From: Lytechinus pictus | Lineage: Eukaryota | Direction of reading: 5' to 3' | DNA length: 64,000 bases | Assembly: GCF_037042905.1 (NCBI RefSeq) | Contig: NC_087252.1 | Location: 26,910,001-26,974,000, forward strand | Shown here: in pieces, positions 25,782 to 38,619 of the stretch | Numbering within the stretch: position 1 is the first letter of the stretch | How the letters are laid out: each line of letters starts with the position of its first letter | Program-made: the position numbers and the translations under genes | The notes under the pieces: model-generated | What the model saw: only the letters and a program-made list of their open reading frames with translations | Told to the model about the DNA's origin: nothing | Databases searched by the model: none

Positions 25782-26125
25782 TGGGGCCCATTTCATAAAG
25801 CCTTGCAACTGTTGTAACTTTGTCATTATGGCAACTACCATGGAAACCTTGATTATGATTGGCTGCTGAGGCCTGTTGCCATGGTAGTTGCCATTATGGT
25901 GTGTGTATTTGAGTTTTGTCAGACGGTATCAATCAGATATGATTATTTACGTCTGGGACCGACCTTTAACGTCACCATCCGAAAGATGTGACCAGGGCAG
26001 CAGGGCTCAAACCTCTGCATCAATTTGTAACTTCCTCACGTAGCTTGGATTACAGGCGCATGACACAGTGCTCAGTTATATGGCAAAGTTACAACAGTTG
26101 CAAGTCCTTTATGAAACGGGGGGGG
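25782..26125. mobile_element. MITE with ~45-bp TIR and an internal insertion
   Basis: TTTCATAAAGCCTTGCAACTGTTGTAACTTTG vs CAAAGTTACAACAGTTGCAAGTCCTTTATGAAA; related short TTTCAT..ATGAA elements at ~29170-29309 and ~34817-34979. Confidence 0.72.
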
Positions 26126-26749
26126 GGGGGGGGGCCTGAAGTAGCCCTTGATACCGCAATATCACCGTTAATGTGATTTTGTTGCTTCTTGCATGCTTGC
26201 GAATCAAAGTTACTTCACACCGAACTTTGTTTCAACCTCAAGTATGACTCAATACCAAATTCCACCTCTAATGGTGGATGTAAGGGCTTCCAGCTGGGAA
26301 AAGCATGAAATTCAGAAAATGACATCTGTCAACGAACTTACCCACATGCCTTCAGGAGAGCAAGTAGGTTTTTGAGTTCTGGACGGACGATGGAACAACT
26401 GCGTGGCACGTGTGGTGAAAACTTCATTCTCCCTGTGAGAATATGCTTTCAAACCTCTTTTCGCAACTTATCCAACGTGTTTCATTCATCTTAGGCCCTG
26501 TTTTAATGCACTGAGCGCTGCTGAAAAAGTAGTAGCTCAATCGAAAGCCAGGGTAATTGTGCTTTGAATCCTCAGGCAAAAAGTTCCATAAATCCAGCTA
26601 TTGTTATCGTGATCATAATCATTATTTTGGGGTTTCAGGATAATTCAATTTCACCCTGATAAGTGCATGTTGGAAGTCTTAATGCCTATAGATGTGCATG
26701 CTCAATTTTTTCTCCAAATAAATTGCCATATCGTATTAAACAATAGTAA

Positions 26750-27047
26750 TTCCACATGTTCAGGGAGGAATTAATTGTGTTTTCCCTTGACAATGAGGAG
26801 AAAATTAGAATATTTCATATTTCATATAATAAAATACAAAAGAAATAGTGAGTGGATGACGTCATCAGTCTCCTCATTTGCATACCAACCAGGATGTGCA
26901 TATAACTGTTTTGTGAAATTAAGGGAAACTTTAAAATGTCATAACTTTCTTATTTTACATCCGATTTTGATGAAATTTTCAGTGTAATGCTTGCTGGATT
27001 TTTCTATTTTTATTCAAATCAACTTTTTGTTGGGGTGGACTTGTCCT
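26750..27047. mobile_element. Right half of a TTAA-flanked MITE (family C)
   Basis: Ends GGTGGACTTGTCCT|TTAA; a left end of the same family at 12352-12412 (TTAA|AGGTCAAGTCCA); degenerate paralog at ~37790-38140. Confidence 0.7.
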
Positions 27048-29839
27048 TTAATACCCTAAATGCCAGAGAAAGAGTTTTTAGTTATCCTGCAGATACAGTC
27101 CAGGCAAACTCACAATGGGTAAAGTGTCAGAATAGTTTGTTTTTGGATGATAACTGAATTTGTGATTTTAACCAGAGGTGGATTTAACCTTTGACCTTGC
27201 TGACCCTGACCCTTTGCTTGTTGGTCTGCACATGATATCATCCTCAGGCCATTAAGAGATATGAAATGATTATGATATTTCCACATCTGTCCTTATCAAG
27301 ACAGTGATTGATATGTTCATTCACACTGGCAAAATTTGCTTGACCCTTTGCATGTGAATGCTGTAATTTTGCTCATTTCTACAGCGCCCAACTGCCTAAG
27401 TAATTGGTGTCCTCCGTTACTTTTGTAATTGAGGAGCTAATACATTAATGGGATTCTTGATTAATGTCTACTATAATCACCAATACACATCTGGCAATTT
27501 TTTTGTTTCATTTTTTGGAGGCTACTTGTCCTAACCTGCTGTCTAAGGGCCTTTTCACGCGTGAATCTTGAATCATCATTGTGATGATTGCTATCGTAAT
27601 CATGACTGTGATTAGCGTTTGTGATTCTAATCATGTTCTTGTTTGGTTTCACACGTGCTAAATATTCAAAATTAGCCTTATTTTTCACTGGAATCATCAT
27701 TCAAATTACGATTTTTTACCATGTGAAAGGGCGGTAGATCTGCAACATTGGATAAGCTTTAACATTGTAATGAATGGGAATTTACAGGAACTCTACTTTT
27801 TTTATATTTCGGGGCTCTGTTTTATTTTCGAGGGCACTTTTTAGGTTTTCGGGGGCGAAATCCCAGAGCCCCCTGTATCATTTTTTCCCCCTGGTATACA
27901 TGAACATGGTGGGATAATGAAATGAAGATTCAGAGAAAACGTTAAAACACCATTGTCATAATTATCCATTTATAATCTCGAGTGTGCGGAAGAGTAATTA
28001 AAAGGAAGTATGGGTGTCGGCACTTGGCCGGACCAATATCCCAAGGGTTACTGTACAGCCCACCACCTCCTCTTCACACTCACATGATGCTAATGAAGGC
28101 TACATTGTAATTGAGCCAGAAAATTAGCTCTTGACTAATTGGCAATCTGGGCTGCAGAGAGCTTGACAGCGTTTAGCAAAGCAAGGCAGTGCTGGAACCT
28201 TTTTTTTCATGGCTCAGCTTGTCAGTGTGAAAATAAAAAAGATAATTACAGAACTTGGTCTCATAAACGCAAGCAAAAAGCAGGGAAGCCAAATTTACAG
28301 GCTTGAGGAAAGCGTGAATAAAAAACACCACATATCTTTATCCAAGTACAATCGAAAGCACTTAGTACTGGGCAGTCTGGACTAGAACAAAGAATATGAA
28401 ATATATATGAGATAGTACATGTACAGGGGCTAAGGACAGTATGGTGTTAGGAAAACAAAGCCTGGACGTCCAGGGAGTGGTCATTCAGGTCTGGCTTTGT
28501 GCGTCCAGGGACCTTATCAACCAGGCACTAAGGTCAAGTGAATTTTGCTTTATCTCAGGTCAGTTTTCATGGTTATTTGGTTATTTCCCTTTTATATCTA
28601 TACATGATCCTATTGCAGGTGTGGATCCAAGGGCATAAGGGGGGGGGGGTTGACAGGGGGCATATGCCCCCCTAAAAATATAGGCTCACCCAAATCTCCC
28701 TTTTTTAGGATGAAAATTGGCTCCTTTTTCAAAGTGATAGTCTTTCTGTTTTTGAGAGAGAAACACCGACTGATTTTGGATTGATCTTTATTTGCATGTT
28801 ATTTTTCTGCTGTACCCCCCCCCCCCGATTAAAAATTCCTGGTTCCGCCATATGCTATTGGGTCAGTTAATTCAATTAAAATCATTTTTCACTGGTAGTG
28901 TAGGGAGATAATTCATGCAGTGTACTGTAGGCCTACAGCTAGTACATGGACTCTGGAGCAAATTTTCTTGTTTGATGAGTCTATTCCCCCCCCCCCCCCC
29001 CCCGTCCCCCAAGAAAAAAATTAAAGGAATGGCCCACAAGTCAGTGAGGCAACACCGCTGAGTAGAGGTGAACTAAAATCGGCCCACTCATGTAGTAGCA
29101 TGTCTGATTGATTCTAGATTCTATATTGTCTCTTGTAGCACCATTTTTGCGTGCAATGTACCGCAGTCTTGGGGAGTGTTTCATGAAACAAATAGTCTGT
29201 GTTTTTCCCTGGTTATTGTTATAAGCTACTGAAATCTGTGCATCTGATTGGCTGAGCTGACATTAGTCAGTAATATCACCCACAATGTGCTTCGTGACAC
29301 CCTCCCCAGAAGCTCCCTGCTCAGTGACCAGAACCGGTCCACAAGTAATCTCATGCTACATGTAGATCACACCATTGTTGACGATAACATCTCACTCTGG
29401 GTGACCCATCCTTGAAATCTTAAGGGGACTGCATGCGCAGACTACCAGCATTCTTGTAGGAAATTTGAACCTCTGCTACTGGTTTAGAAACAGAATAGAG
29501 AGAGGATTGGTCCTACTTGATCCTCTAGACTGGAATTCCAATTTAGAACTGAATGTGATCAAATCCCCCTAGATAATGACGTTATGGGCGATGTTCAAGT
29601 TGACAACTCATGTTTTTTGTCTGGCCACCAGGCACGCCAGGAACAATCCTGAAGCACAATGCCTTTAAAGTTGAGCACACCCTGATTTTCCATTAATATC
29701 TAATAAATATAAGAGCAAATTCTCATGTAATTGTTCTCAGAATTCTGTTCTTTTTATCATGTAGGCCCTATCATTTTCTTTCAACCATTGTGTCTTCACT
29801 TTAATTCATTTACATATAGCTGATTTTTTTGTTTTGTTT

Positions 29840-30838
29840 AAGCAAGTCCACACCTAGTTTCCAAGAATGCATATAGCACTTCCATTTATTTCAACACAGG
29901 ATAATAGAGCACTGTCGATTGAATGCCTTGCTCTCGGGCTTATGTGCTGTGGCCGGGGATTGAACCCCGGACTTTCAAATGTCAAGTCAGCGCCTAAGGG
30001 TGCGTTTATCCGCCACTTTTTTACCCTAGAATCATGATCTGAATCAGGATTCAAATCATGATTCTGCAGAATCACGATTGCGTTTAGTCGAAATTGAATA
30101 TAATCATGATTAGAATCACAAACATGAAACACGAAAAAAGGGGCGTTTGGAAAGACGTTTCTGCAGAATCACGTACGAAAATGTTCGAATAAACGATATC
30201 GTGATTTGAATCATGATTCTATATGACCTCACTGTGTAAGGCTACTTTAGGTTTGACTATTGCCAAGCTCAAGGCGCTCTATATGATCATTGTATGTACA
30301 TGATTATGTACTATGCATGCATTTCTTGTCATGTTCAAGTTCTGTGTTGGTCATCGCATCGTCCACTACTTTTAATTTTTTGGTCATGGAGATTGTCTTC
30401 AACTTCAAGTTCTATAGTAAATGAATTAACTGGACAGACAATGATCTCAGTTGTTGTTGAGTATAAAGTATCAATATTAAATTGGATCTACGCTGAAATT
30501 CACTTCCAAACACCATTTTGGATAAACTAACAAGATGAATAGAAGCATATGGACCCTATATGATAGAAGTAAACAAAATGAGGTATAGACTGAATTCTGG
30601 AAGCAAAATATTTTTCGAGAGCCGAAACACGTGCGAAAAACTTCCTCTGTCAAACTGCGCAGTAGTGATGCGCACTGGATTGGCCCGAATCTGAGGAGAA
30701 ACAGCATTGGAATGGAGGTCGTCTAAACGCTGATTCTGTGATATTGTGATTCATGTTTGTGTTTTGAATCATGATTCGAATCATGATTCTGGCTTGAGGT
30801 CGCATAAACGCAGCCTTAGACCACTTGGCCACGGCACC
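29840..30838 (-). mobile_element. tRNA-derived SINE split by a Harbinger-like MITE
   Basis: Removing the MITE and one TSD copy restores GGTGCCGTGGCCAAGTGGTCTAAGGCGCTGAC...GGGGTTCAATCCCCGGCC (A and B boxes) on the minus strand. Confidence 0.8.
29998..30815. mobile_element. 818-bp PIF/Harbinger-like MITE
   Basis: GGGTGCGTTTAT ... ATAAACGCAGCC; flanks TAA/TTA (TWA); subterminal GAATCATGATTC repeats at both ends. Confidence 0.82.
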
Positions 30839-31679
30839 TGATTAAAGAAGACTTAATATAATACTGCCCTCTTCTCTCAGAAAAATAAGCTCAATTAGAA
30901 TTGCTACATGTAGCTGTATAGGCCAATATAATAACTTAATCAACAACACACAAGCATGTTGCTATTAAAGTTTGAAGTTTAATTGCCCCTTTTGGCCTTC
31001 CTATTGGCCTAGGTACCTGAATTGATTCTCAAGAGAGGAAAAGGAATTGTCCCATCTCCCTATCTTTCGTCAAATGTCACTCTCTAATCAATTGTGCAGA
31101 TTAAGGCGGCTACTAATGCAATAAGCATCAAAGGGGTTCATTTGCACTGTTAAAAATAGTTCAAGAAAAACCACTATCCATTGATTTTTCAGTATAAAAG
31201 AAGGTCAAACAAAACTGTTAGTATTGTTCTTTTTGAAAATTTTCTGCCTGATTGTAGCAACTTTTTGTGAGGCTTTAAGTCTTGGGAGTCTTAAGGAACT
31301 GTAGGTGGAATAATTAAATCCAATCTGTTCTGAAATTATGAGAAAATGAATTTTGACAGTGCACAATGTCACAGTCCACAAATCTTAAATAATCCATAGT
31401 GGAGTTGATTTGGGGAGGCAAATTTTGTTGTTCTTCTGTCAGAAAATGTGAGTAGTTTGTGTCCAAAGTCCAGAATATGACTTAACTTTAGATTGAGAGA
31501 CCACGTTCACAGTCTTGTTTCTGAACCTGTTCTCACCGAATTGATTTGTTGAACTAGTTAAACTTGGTTTGTTCATAGCCTGTGTCATCAAGCTACAGAC
31601 TGTTCTTGCTGCTCCAGGAACATGAATCTTGGCACTGGGGAGTGGGGTCGAGATTAAGTGAATCAGTCCTAAACTGGTT

Positions 31680-32131
31680 CCGGGGGGGGGGGGGGCACTT
31701 CTGTTGACGAGTGGATACCAGGCACGACCAAAGAAAAAAGGATTTCTTTTTCAAGATTGGGCATGTTACATACGTAACATAGTAAACACTAAAATAATGA
31801 AAAAAGGGTATGTATTTCACGAGGAAAGCTATGTGTTTACGGTAAAATGCGAGGGTGTACAAAAGGATGTTCTTTTTGCCTCAACACTACTGTGTTTAGA
31901 GTCCGTTTTGGGTAAGATGTGGGGTGGTACTAAACCCAATGTAAGTAAAGGTAAAGCCGACGTCCGTGATCATGTCCATGATGCGACAATTAAAATATTG
32001 CTGTACTTGTTTAGGGGGTCAACTCAGGGAATACCTGTCAAGGGTACCGTTTTGGAAAATAGGATGCTTTTGGAAACTCCATGGTCGTGCCTGGTATCCA
32101 CTTGTCAATGGAAGTGCCTCCCCCCCTCCCG
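31680..32131. mobile_element. MITE with CCGGG-polyG ends
   Basis: GGCACTTCTGTTGACGAGTGGATACCAGGCACGACCA inverted at ~32082-32118; accounts for ORF 31704-32144. Confidence 0.8.
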
Positions 32132-33239
32132 GACAGGTTCATGAATCAAAGCGATGGTGTGTTTGTGCCTTTGGGGATTGCTTAGATTCTCTTTGAAAGT
32201 TAACATTCATGCTGGATTCATTCCCAAATGCCAGATTGCGTATGGTATAAAGGCATGATCGTATTGGTCAGATCATGTCAAGAGGACGTGCACTACTGCA
32301 TATTGATCAATAAGATTGCACGTTACATATCAATTATCATGTAGGCATGTGCATTTCAGTGCGACTCTAAATCTTTGTGCAACACCCCCCTGGTTTAGAA
32401 TTGTGATTGTGAACGGGTTCGAAGTGCAATTTCTTGTCATGTGAAAGTAGGCCTAAGTGTTGATTGCAGGAGGAAAGAGATAGCTATGTATGTGTGGAAA
32501 TGTAATCAGTGTTAGGGGTATGTAATTGAAATGTCTTTCTTAATGTGTGTCATGACATTCGTAAGGCTGCTATCAGATGTGTTCACACATGACATATTCG
32601 ATTTCAATGAATAGGAAATATTTTATGAATTTGGAAGGAGAATGGAGGAAATTCTTTATTGCTATTTAGAGAAGGGTGTTAAATTTCTGTCTTTATGAAG
32701 ATATATTTTTATTATAATTGTATTCATGAATATTTACATCCCCACCCCTACCCAATGAAATGTAAAAATTAAAAATAGGTTTTTTTTAATTTACAATAGC
32801 TATTTGTTTTTAATTAGAATACAATAACTTGCACTAGAATATGAGGGTAATCATGGATTGATTGCAATAAGGCATGTTCAGGTCCAATTGGTCATTATAA
32901 TGCAGTGGACGTTTAATCACTCACATTGTTGAATGTGAACATGCCAATATAGATACTGTGGGTCTGTTCACACATTCCTAATGCACAGCGAAAGCAGGTC
33001 CATGGTGGAAGGGGGATCAATGTCAAACTTGACATTTTCAGAGGTGCGAGGGAAGAAGTTTTCTCCTGACAAATTTCATGATTTAATGATCAGATAACGT
33101 GATGGTGTTTGGAGTATGCCACATAGGTGAACTAAAAAGAATCATTTGTCATCTTGTTACGGGAGCCAACATGTTTTTTATCAACTCTGCTATGCACTGA
33201 GCCAAGTTCATCCTTCTTGTGTAGTTGCCATGCATATGA

Positions 33240-33517
33240 AGTGTTGTTGCTCAATGGTTACATCATCAGACTTTGAACCACAAGGTCCGAGGTTCAATTC
33301 CCATTGTTGGACTCTAATCCTATTCCAAGGCATTTTTTTTCTTCATTCCACTCTCCACCCAGGTGTTGTTAATGGCCACTTATAATAGGCCTACTGGTAG
33401 AAAGAAATTCCTTTGATGCTTGAGCATCTAATCAGAGTAGACATGCTTAGGCTGGGGTGATACAGCATTTAGAAACACTGCGCTATTTGTAAATGTTGCA
33501 TAATTATGATTATTATT
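33240..33517 (+). mobile_element. Degenerate tRNA-derived SINE
   Basis: B box GGTTCAATTCCC at ~33291; CACTCTCCACCCAGGTG core; GCGCTAT...(ATT)n tail; similar to 34061. Confidence 0.65.
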
Positions 33518-33531
33518 TCAAGGAGCATTAA

Positions 33532-33915
33532 AGAGAAGTGAAAGTAGTTGCAGTAAACAATGATTTCACAAGAAAGTGTGTAAAACCAAGCTTAATTGTT
33601 ACTATATCATCGAGGATCTAGATCTGGTACAGTTACATAAACTGAACTTTGTGAAATCTTGAAATCTATGCTGAAAAATATTCACACTGAAGATCACCAA
33701 CACAGATAAGCGCACGTGGGACAGTATTATTATTGCTTTGAATGTCGGCCCGACGCTTGACCCAAATCCTGTGCTTATTTCTCAGCAATTACACAATTTC
33801 TTCCAGAATCCTTTGGCACATATTTTTTATTTATTCAAACAGACACTTTGATGGTCATTTCATTGGATTCTGTACGAACTCATTTTGAAATCGTTACCAC
33901 AACTGGCATTTATCT
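33532..33915 (-). mobile_element. Family B MITE (inverted relative to 23033)
   Basis: TTAA|AGAGAAGTG...; contains GATCTAGATCTGGTACAGTTACATAAACTGAACTTTGTGAAATC. Confidence 0.85.
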
Positions 33916-34060
33916 TTCAATCAAAATTTCCTAGGCTAGAAACATAATTCATATCGGGCCTTTTAGTGGGTTTGATGTGTATTTCATATGCTCAAGACAA
34001 GTTATAACCTTTACTTCTATGGTCACGTTGGTGGGTTTAAAATGATGGAGAATCAGTGTT

Positions 34061-34335
34061 GGGGGCGTCGTGGTCTAGTGGTTAAGGCCCCCCTGTCTTT
34101 CAATCTGAGGGACGTGGGTTTGATTCCAAGCCATGGTGTGTTTTCCTTCAGCAAGAATATTTACCCACATTGTGCTGCACTCAACCCAGGTGAGGTAAAT
34201 GGGTACCGGCAGGAAGTAATTCCTCAAAAAGCTGTGTGCACCAGAATCGGTATACTAGCTTAGCCGGGGTATAATATAGGCCCGAGCGCCTCAAGCACCT
34301 GGCAAGGTGGATATGTGCGCTATACAAATCCTATT
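34061..34335 (+). mobile_element. tRNA-derived SINE with L2-like 3' tail
   Basis: A box TGGTCTAGTGG, B-box-like GGTTTGATTCC, central CACTCAACCCAGGTGAGGTAAATGGGTACC, tail GCGCTATACAAAT. Confidence 0.82.
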
Positions 34336-34339
34336 TTAT

Positions 34340-34735
34340 GAAAAATCTCTGGAATGCTGTAAAGCAGTAACTATTTTGTGTTTGTGTGTTGATTTGTGAT
34401 CCATCCTTGTTATTCTCGGGCAAGAAAGTTGATTTAAAAACACCCTTTGGGCTTGAAATCGGGGGTCTTGTTGATGAAAAATCAGTTGATTTCCAACTGG
34501 CAGTAACTGGGTTTTCTGTTTGCGTTTTGATTTGTGATCCATTCATGCTTGTGATGCTAGTCCGAAGAAAGTTGATTAAAAAACACCCCCTGGGTCAAGT
34601 GGGTTAGCTTGAAATGAGGTAGAATTGATGAAAAATCACTTGAATGCTATCCTGCTGTAACTGTAATTTTTTGTTTGTGTTTCGATGTGTGATTCATTCA
34701 TGTTTGTGATGCTAAGACAAGAAAGTTGATTGGAA
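34340..34735. repeat. Degenerate ~150-bp tandem repeat, ~2.5 copies
   Basis: GATTTGTGATCCAT...AGAAAGTTGATT recurs at ~34391, ~34529 and ~34684. Confidence 0.7.
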
Positions 34736-36207
34736 TCGCCCATGTTCTACCAATGTGTGAACCTAATGCCCCTGTAATACAAACAGGGAATTATGTGATA
34801 CACGCAAAACTTACTCCAGGGGAGCGTTTCATCAACATCTGTGTCCGACAAGTTGTCAGATCTGACATGTTTCTTAGATTCTGATTGGCTGAGAGGCACT
34901 GTTACTATGGTAACTGTCAGATAAAACAGGATTTTGTTGGATGAAAGTCTGACCAATCCTTTCATGAAGCACTCCCCAGACCAACAATTACATTTTATAT
35001 CTCCGTCGACATACCGTCACTCAGTTTGGTGTCAGTTTTGTTGTGTGACTGGAGCATAACCGTTATTGAGTTTATCATAGTCAGGAGTTTACGCAACAAC
35101 TACGCAGACGCTTTCTGGAACATAGAGAATCTATTGTCAAAGGCGCTTCCATGACAAAGCAGGCTCTGTCGAAAATCGTTGAATCAAAACAGCTGTGTCG
35201 TCTGTGACTCTGGACAAACCGCATATTTGCAATTTTCGTCAGTTCTGACCTTCGTATGATCTGCTTCTCTGGTTTACCAATTTTTGACAAAGACCTGTCA
35301 GCTGTTCATTGTGATTTACTAGTGCATTTACTACGCCCTAGAATCTGTCCTTGTTGCAATTGTGAAAACTCGCTCATGTTACATGAAGGAAGCCTGTGAC
35401 CTTAAGCTAAAGGTCGTTGGTAATCTCAACAAAAGTCCTTTGAGATATAGAGAAATATCAGAGGAAACCAACACTTTAGATTTACATTCTTAACTTAAGT
35501 ATGGGGAGTGTTTTGTTATTTTGCAGACCGTGAAAGTGTTGCAATGATTTAGGAGTTTTCTACTTTTGGTTTCATTTGGTGTTTTTGTGGATTCTTGAAG
35601 CCAAAATTTGGCAAAATGTTTATGAAGCAGTAAAATGAAATGTATCACCTACTTTCATTTTAACAATGTTTTTCATAAATAAGATAAAAATATTTTGGTT
35701 CTTGTACCCTTTTCTCCTTTATTTCCTTTGTGCTTTCATTTCATAAATGTCAGTGTGACCATGTCAGAAACTTCATAAATAAATCTCTTGGCATGCTCTT
35801 CAGATATAGGCCAAGTTCTTTTGAAAACATCTTCAGGTAAAAGTATGGATCCAGGATTTCAATAAGAATATCTTGTCTTATAGTTCCGTGTTTCGGGAAA
35901 CGAAAATTAGATCTATATGTCAAGAAAAGAAAAGGAAAAGTTTACCTCAAATGTCTTTAAAAACTGATAATTATCCCTTTTTTTCATTTTGACTCGTAAG
36001 TGATTGCAGAATGGGTCACTTCGGAGGGGGAGGGGTCACCAGAAAGCTGGCACAATGCAACTTTCATACTTTGGGGGGGGGGGGGGACTGGAAGTCCCCC
36101 CTCCCTAAGTCTGGGGGGTGGGATACAATTAATTTTACTGCTTCATACACAGCTGCTAAATAAAACTCCACAACAATCCACAAAATGTTGGATTCAAGAA
36201 ACCTTAA

Positions 36208-36790
36208 AGGAGAATGAAACTCTTGGAGCAAGTTAGCTTTTGTGAAAGCAGAAAAATCAAAGAATAAGATCAACAAAACTTTGAGTAAAATAGGACTAGT
36301 AATAAAAGAGTTATGAGCATTTGAATGTCGAGATCACTAATGCTATGGAGATCCTCCCATTGGCAATGCGACCAAGATCTGTGATGTCACACACGTACAA
36401 CTCTCCCATTTGGACACTGAAAATATACCCCAAAACATCTCTTTTTGCTCATTCTAATCATATGACAAACGATTCATCAATGATATAATGTTGTGAAACC
36501 TCTGTACTTGTCATCTCATAAAGAGAACACCTCACCTTGTGATAGACTCTATAAAAGTGAGAATATAAGTGAAATAAGTACTAAAGTAATGAGGGAGTTG
36601 TACGTGTGTGATATCACAGATCTTGGTCGCATTGCCGTTGGGAGGATCTACATGGCACTAGTGATCTCAATATTCGAATGTTCATAACTTTCTTATTATT
36701 CATTCAATCTTCCTCAAACTTTGAACAATATGTTTCTTTGATTTTTCTCTGTGATATGGATTCAGCTGGTTTCAAGGGTTTCATTCTCCT
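36208..36790. mobile_element. TTAA-flanked Kolobok-like MITE with ~200-bp TIRs (family D)
   Basis: TTAA|AGGAGAATGAAAC ... GTTTCATTCTCCT|TTAA; inner arm GCGACCAAGATCTGTGATGTCACACACGTACAACTC is inverted; degenerate paralog at ~60905-61895. Confidence 0.9.
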
Positions 36791-38480
36791 TTAAAAGCAC
36801 TAAATGAAACCAAAAGGACTGGTCAGATGTGAAAAAAAAATATTCCATATAGTTCATGAGTTTCGGACGGTGCCTGCTTTTTTCTGATCCTGTAGGTATG
36901 AAAGCTCATCTCATCTTCAAACCCTACAAGCCGTGTGTTCCTCTATTTAAAAGGGTAGGCCTTAATGTAGGGCCTATACATTTGTGTTTTTTTTTTCTAT
37001 GGGAAGCTTTAATAGCTGTATGCCTACATAATGTATGCACTATAGGGCCTGTATTTTACAAATCAATATGAATTACAAAGCATGAATAATGCAGAGATGG
37101 ATAATTGATTATTCAGGCAAACCAGATTAACTGTTGTATCTATCTCAGCGACATAAAATATGTATTTATCTCAGATCATTCTCCAAGCTTTCCTTTGAAT
37201 GCTACGTGCACAATCAGTCCAAAGGGATGAATCCAGATAATGGTCGCAGATTAAGCCAGTTTTATCATATCAATGGATGTTTGGATGTTTATGAGTCTGA
37301 CAAAAGAAAACCCTCGCAACACAAAGCGTTCCGGACTCAGTGGAATGGTATCAAATCCTTTTTCTGGTACTAATCGAGGGTTGAATAAATAATAAATAAT
37401 GGATCCTGGTGGGTATAAGGTATCGTAAGGAATTCATACAATTTGAATCAGAATTTAAGGGGGGGGGTGGGCTCACAAACTTTTGAAAGAACTAGCGGAA
37501 AGATCTGTTCACCTGCAATTCTATGATGATGAGACCTTCCTATGTATGAGAAAATCAGACAACCATTGCACTGAAAATTAGATCAAATCAGAGTATAGGC
37601 CTATATGTTAGCCTGCTTGTCAAATAAGAAAGTTAATTCATTTCAATATTACACTTCTCCCCTAAAAAAAAAACCCTGCAGTAAAGCTTATCAATGTAAC
37701 AAAAGAGCTGATGTAATCATGTGATCATTATTTCAAATTTTTAATTGATTTTATGATAAGCAGGATTTCCCTTGTATCGCAGGCAATTCTGATAATGATT
37801 TATATGTTACTATGTTCCATGTTGAATACAATCGAGTTATATATTATTTGAGGAAAATTGAAATACATGTGATATTTCATATGGCATAATAAAGCGTTTG
37901 TCATAATCAACCCCGCTTGCATAGGCCTACCACCTGAGACATCACTGATTTGAAATGATTTTACATTTATATGAAGTAAATGCAAATTGAATTTAATTTG
38001 TGCAAATAAACCTTGCATGTATATCCCAACTTTCTTAATTACATCCAATTTTGATGAAATTTGTAGCAATATGATTGTATAATTTCTCATCGAGAGTCTC
38101 GATTTATTAAAAATCACACTTGTGTCAGGACAGACTTAACATATATTCCTCACAAGTCAAAATTCTCTTTCATTGGTTCTGCATAATTTGTGAATATTCC
38201 TTTTGAAATCATTTTGTTTTTTCCACCCATTATTTAGGCCTATTCAGGGACATTGTCCATGGTAGAACTTTATCAATGGTGAAAAAAAGGAAAAATTTAA
38301 GTTTTCCTGGTTGAGGAAGCCTTTAATAGATATTGCGTGGGTGGCACGACATTTGCTCCTGTGACTATTGCTGCGGGATTTATGTCGTCTCAGATACAGG
38401 GTTAGGTTTAGGGTTGCAATGGAGTTTTATTTTAGGTTTAGGGTTAGTAACTTTTGAAGGTTTCCATGGCGAAGAAGAAT

Positions 38481-38619
38481 AGTGTAGTAGGTTTCACGGT
38501 ACACCATGTATCTTTCTTGGGCAAGTGTTGGTCCTGAAGTCCTGGATATTGGGTGGTCCTTTTCAGGACCAACACTTGCCCAAGAAAGATACATGGTGTA
38601 CCGTGAAATCTACTACACT
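38481..38619. repeat. Near-perfect 58-bp inverted repeat with 23-nt loop, nested in the 38340-38743 element
   Basis: Arms 38481-38538 and 38562-38619 pair at 57/58 positions (one G.T). Confidence 0.92.

Noticed and set aside
31704..32144. 146-aa ORF as a transposase fragment
   Set aside because: Spans a 450-bp MITE; no catalytic or DNA-binding motif recognisable
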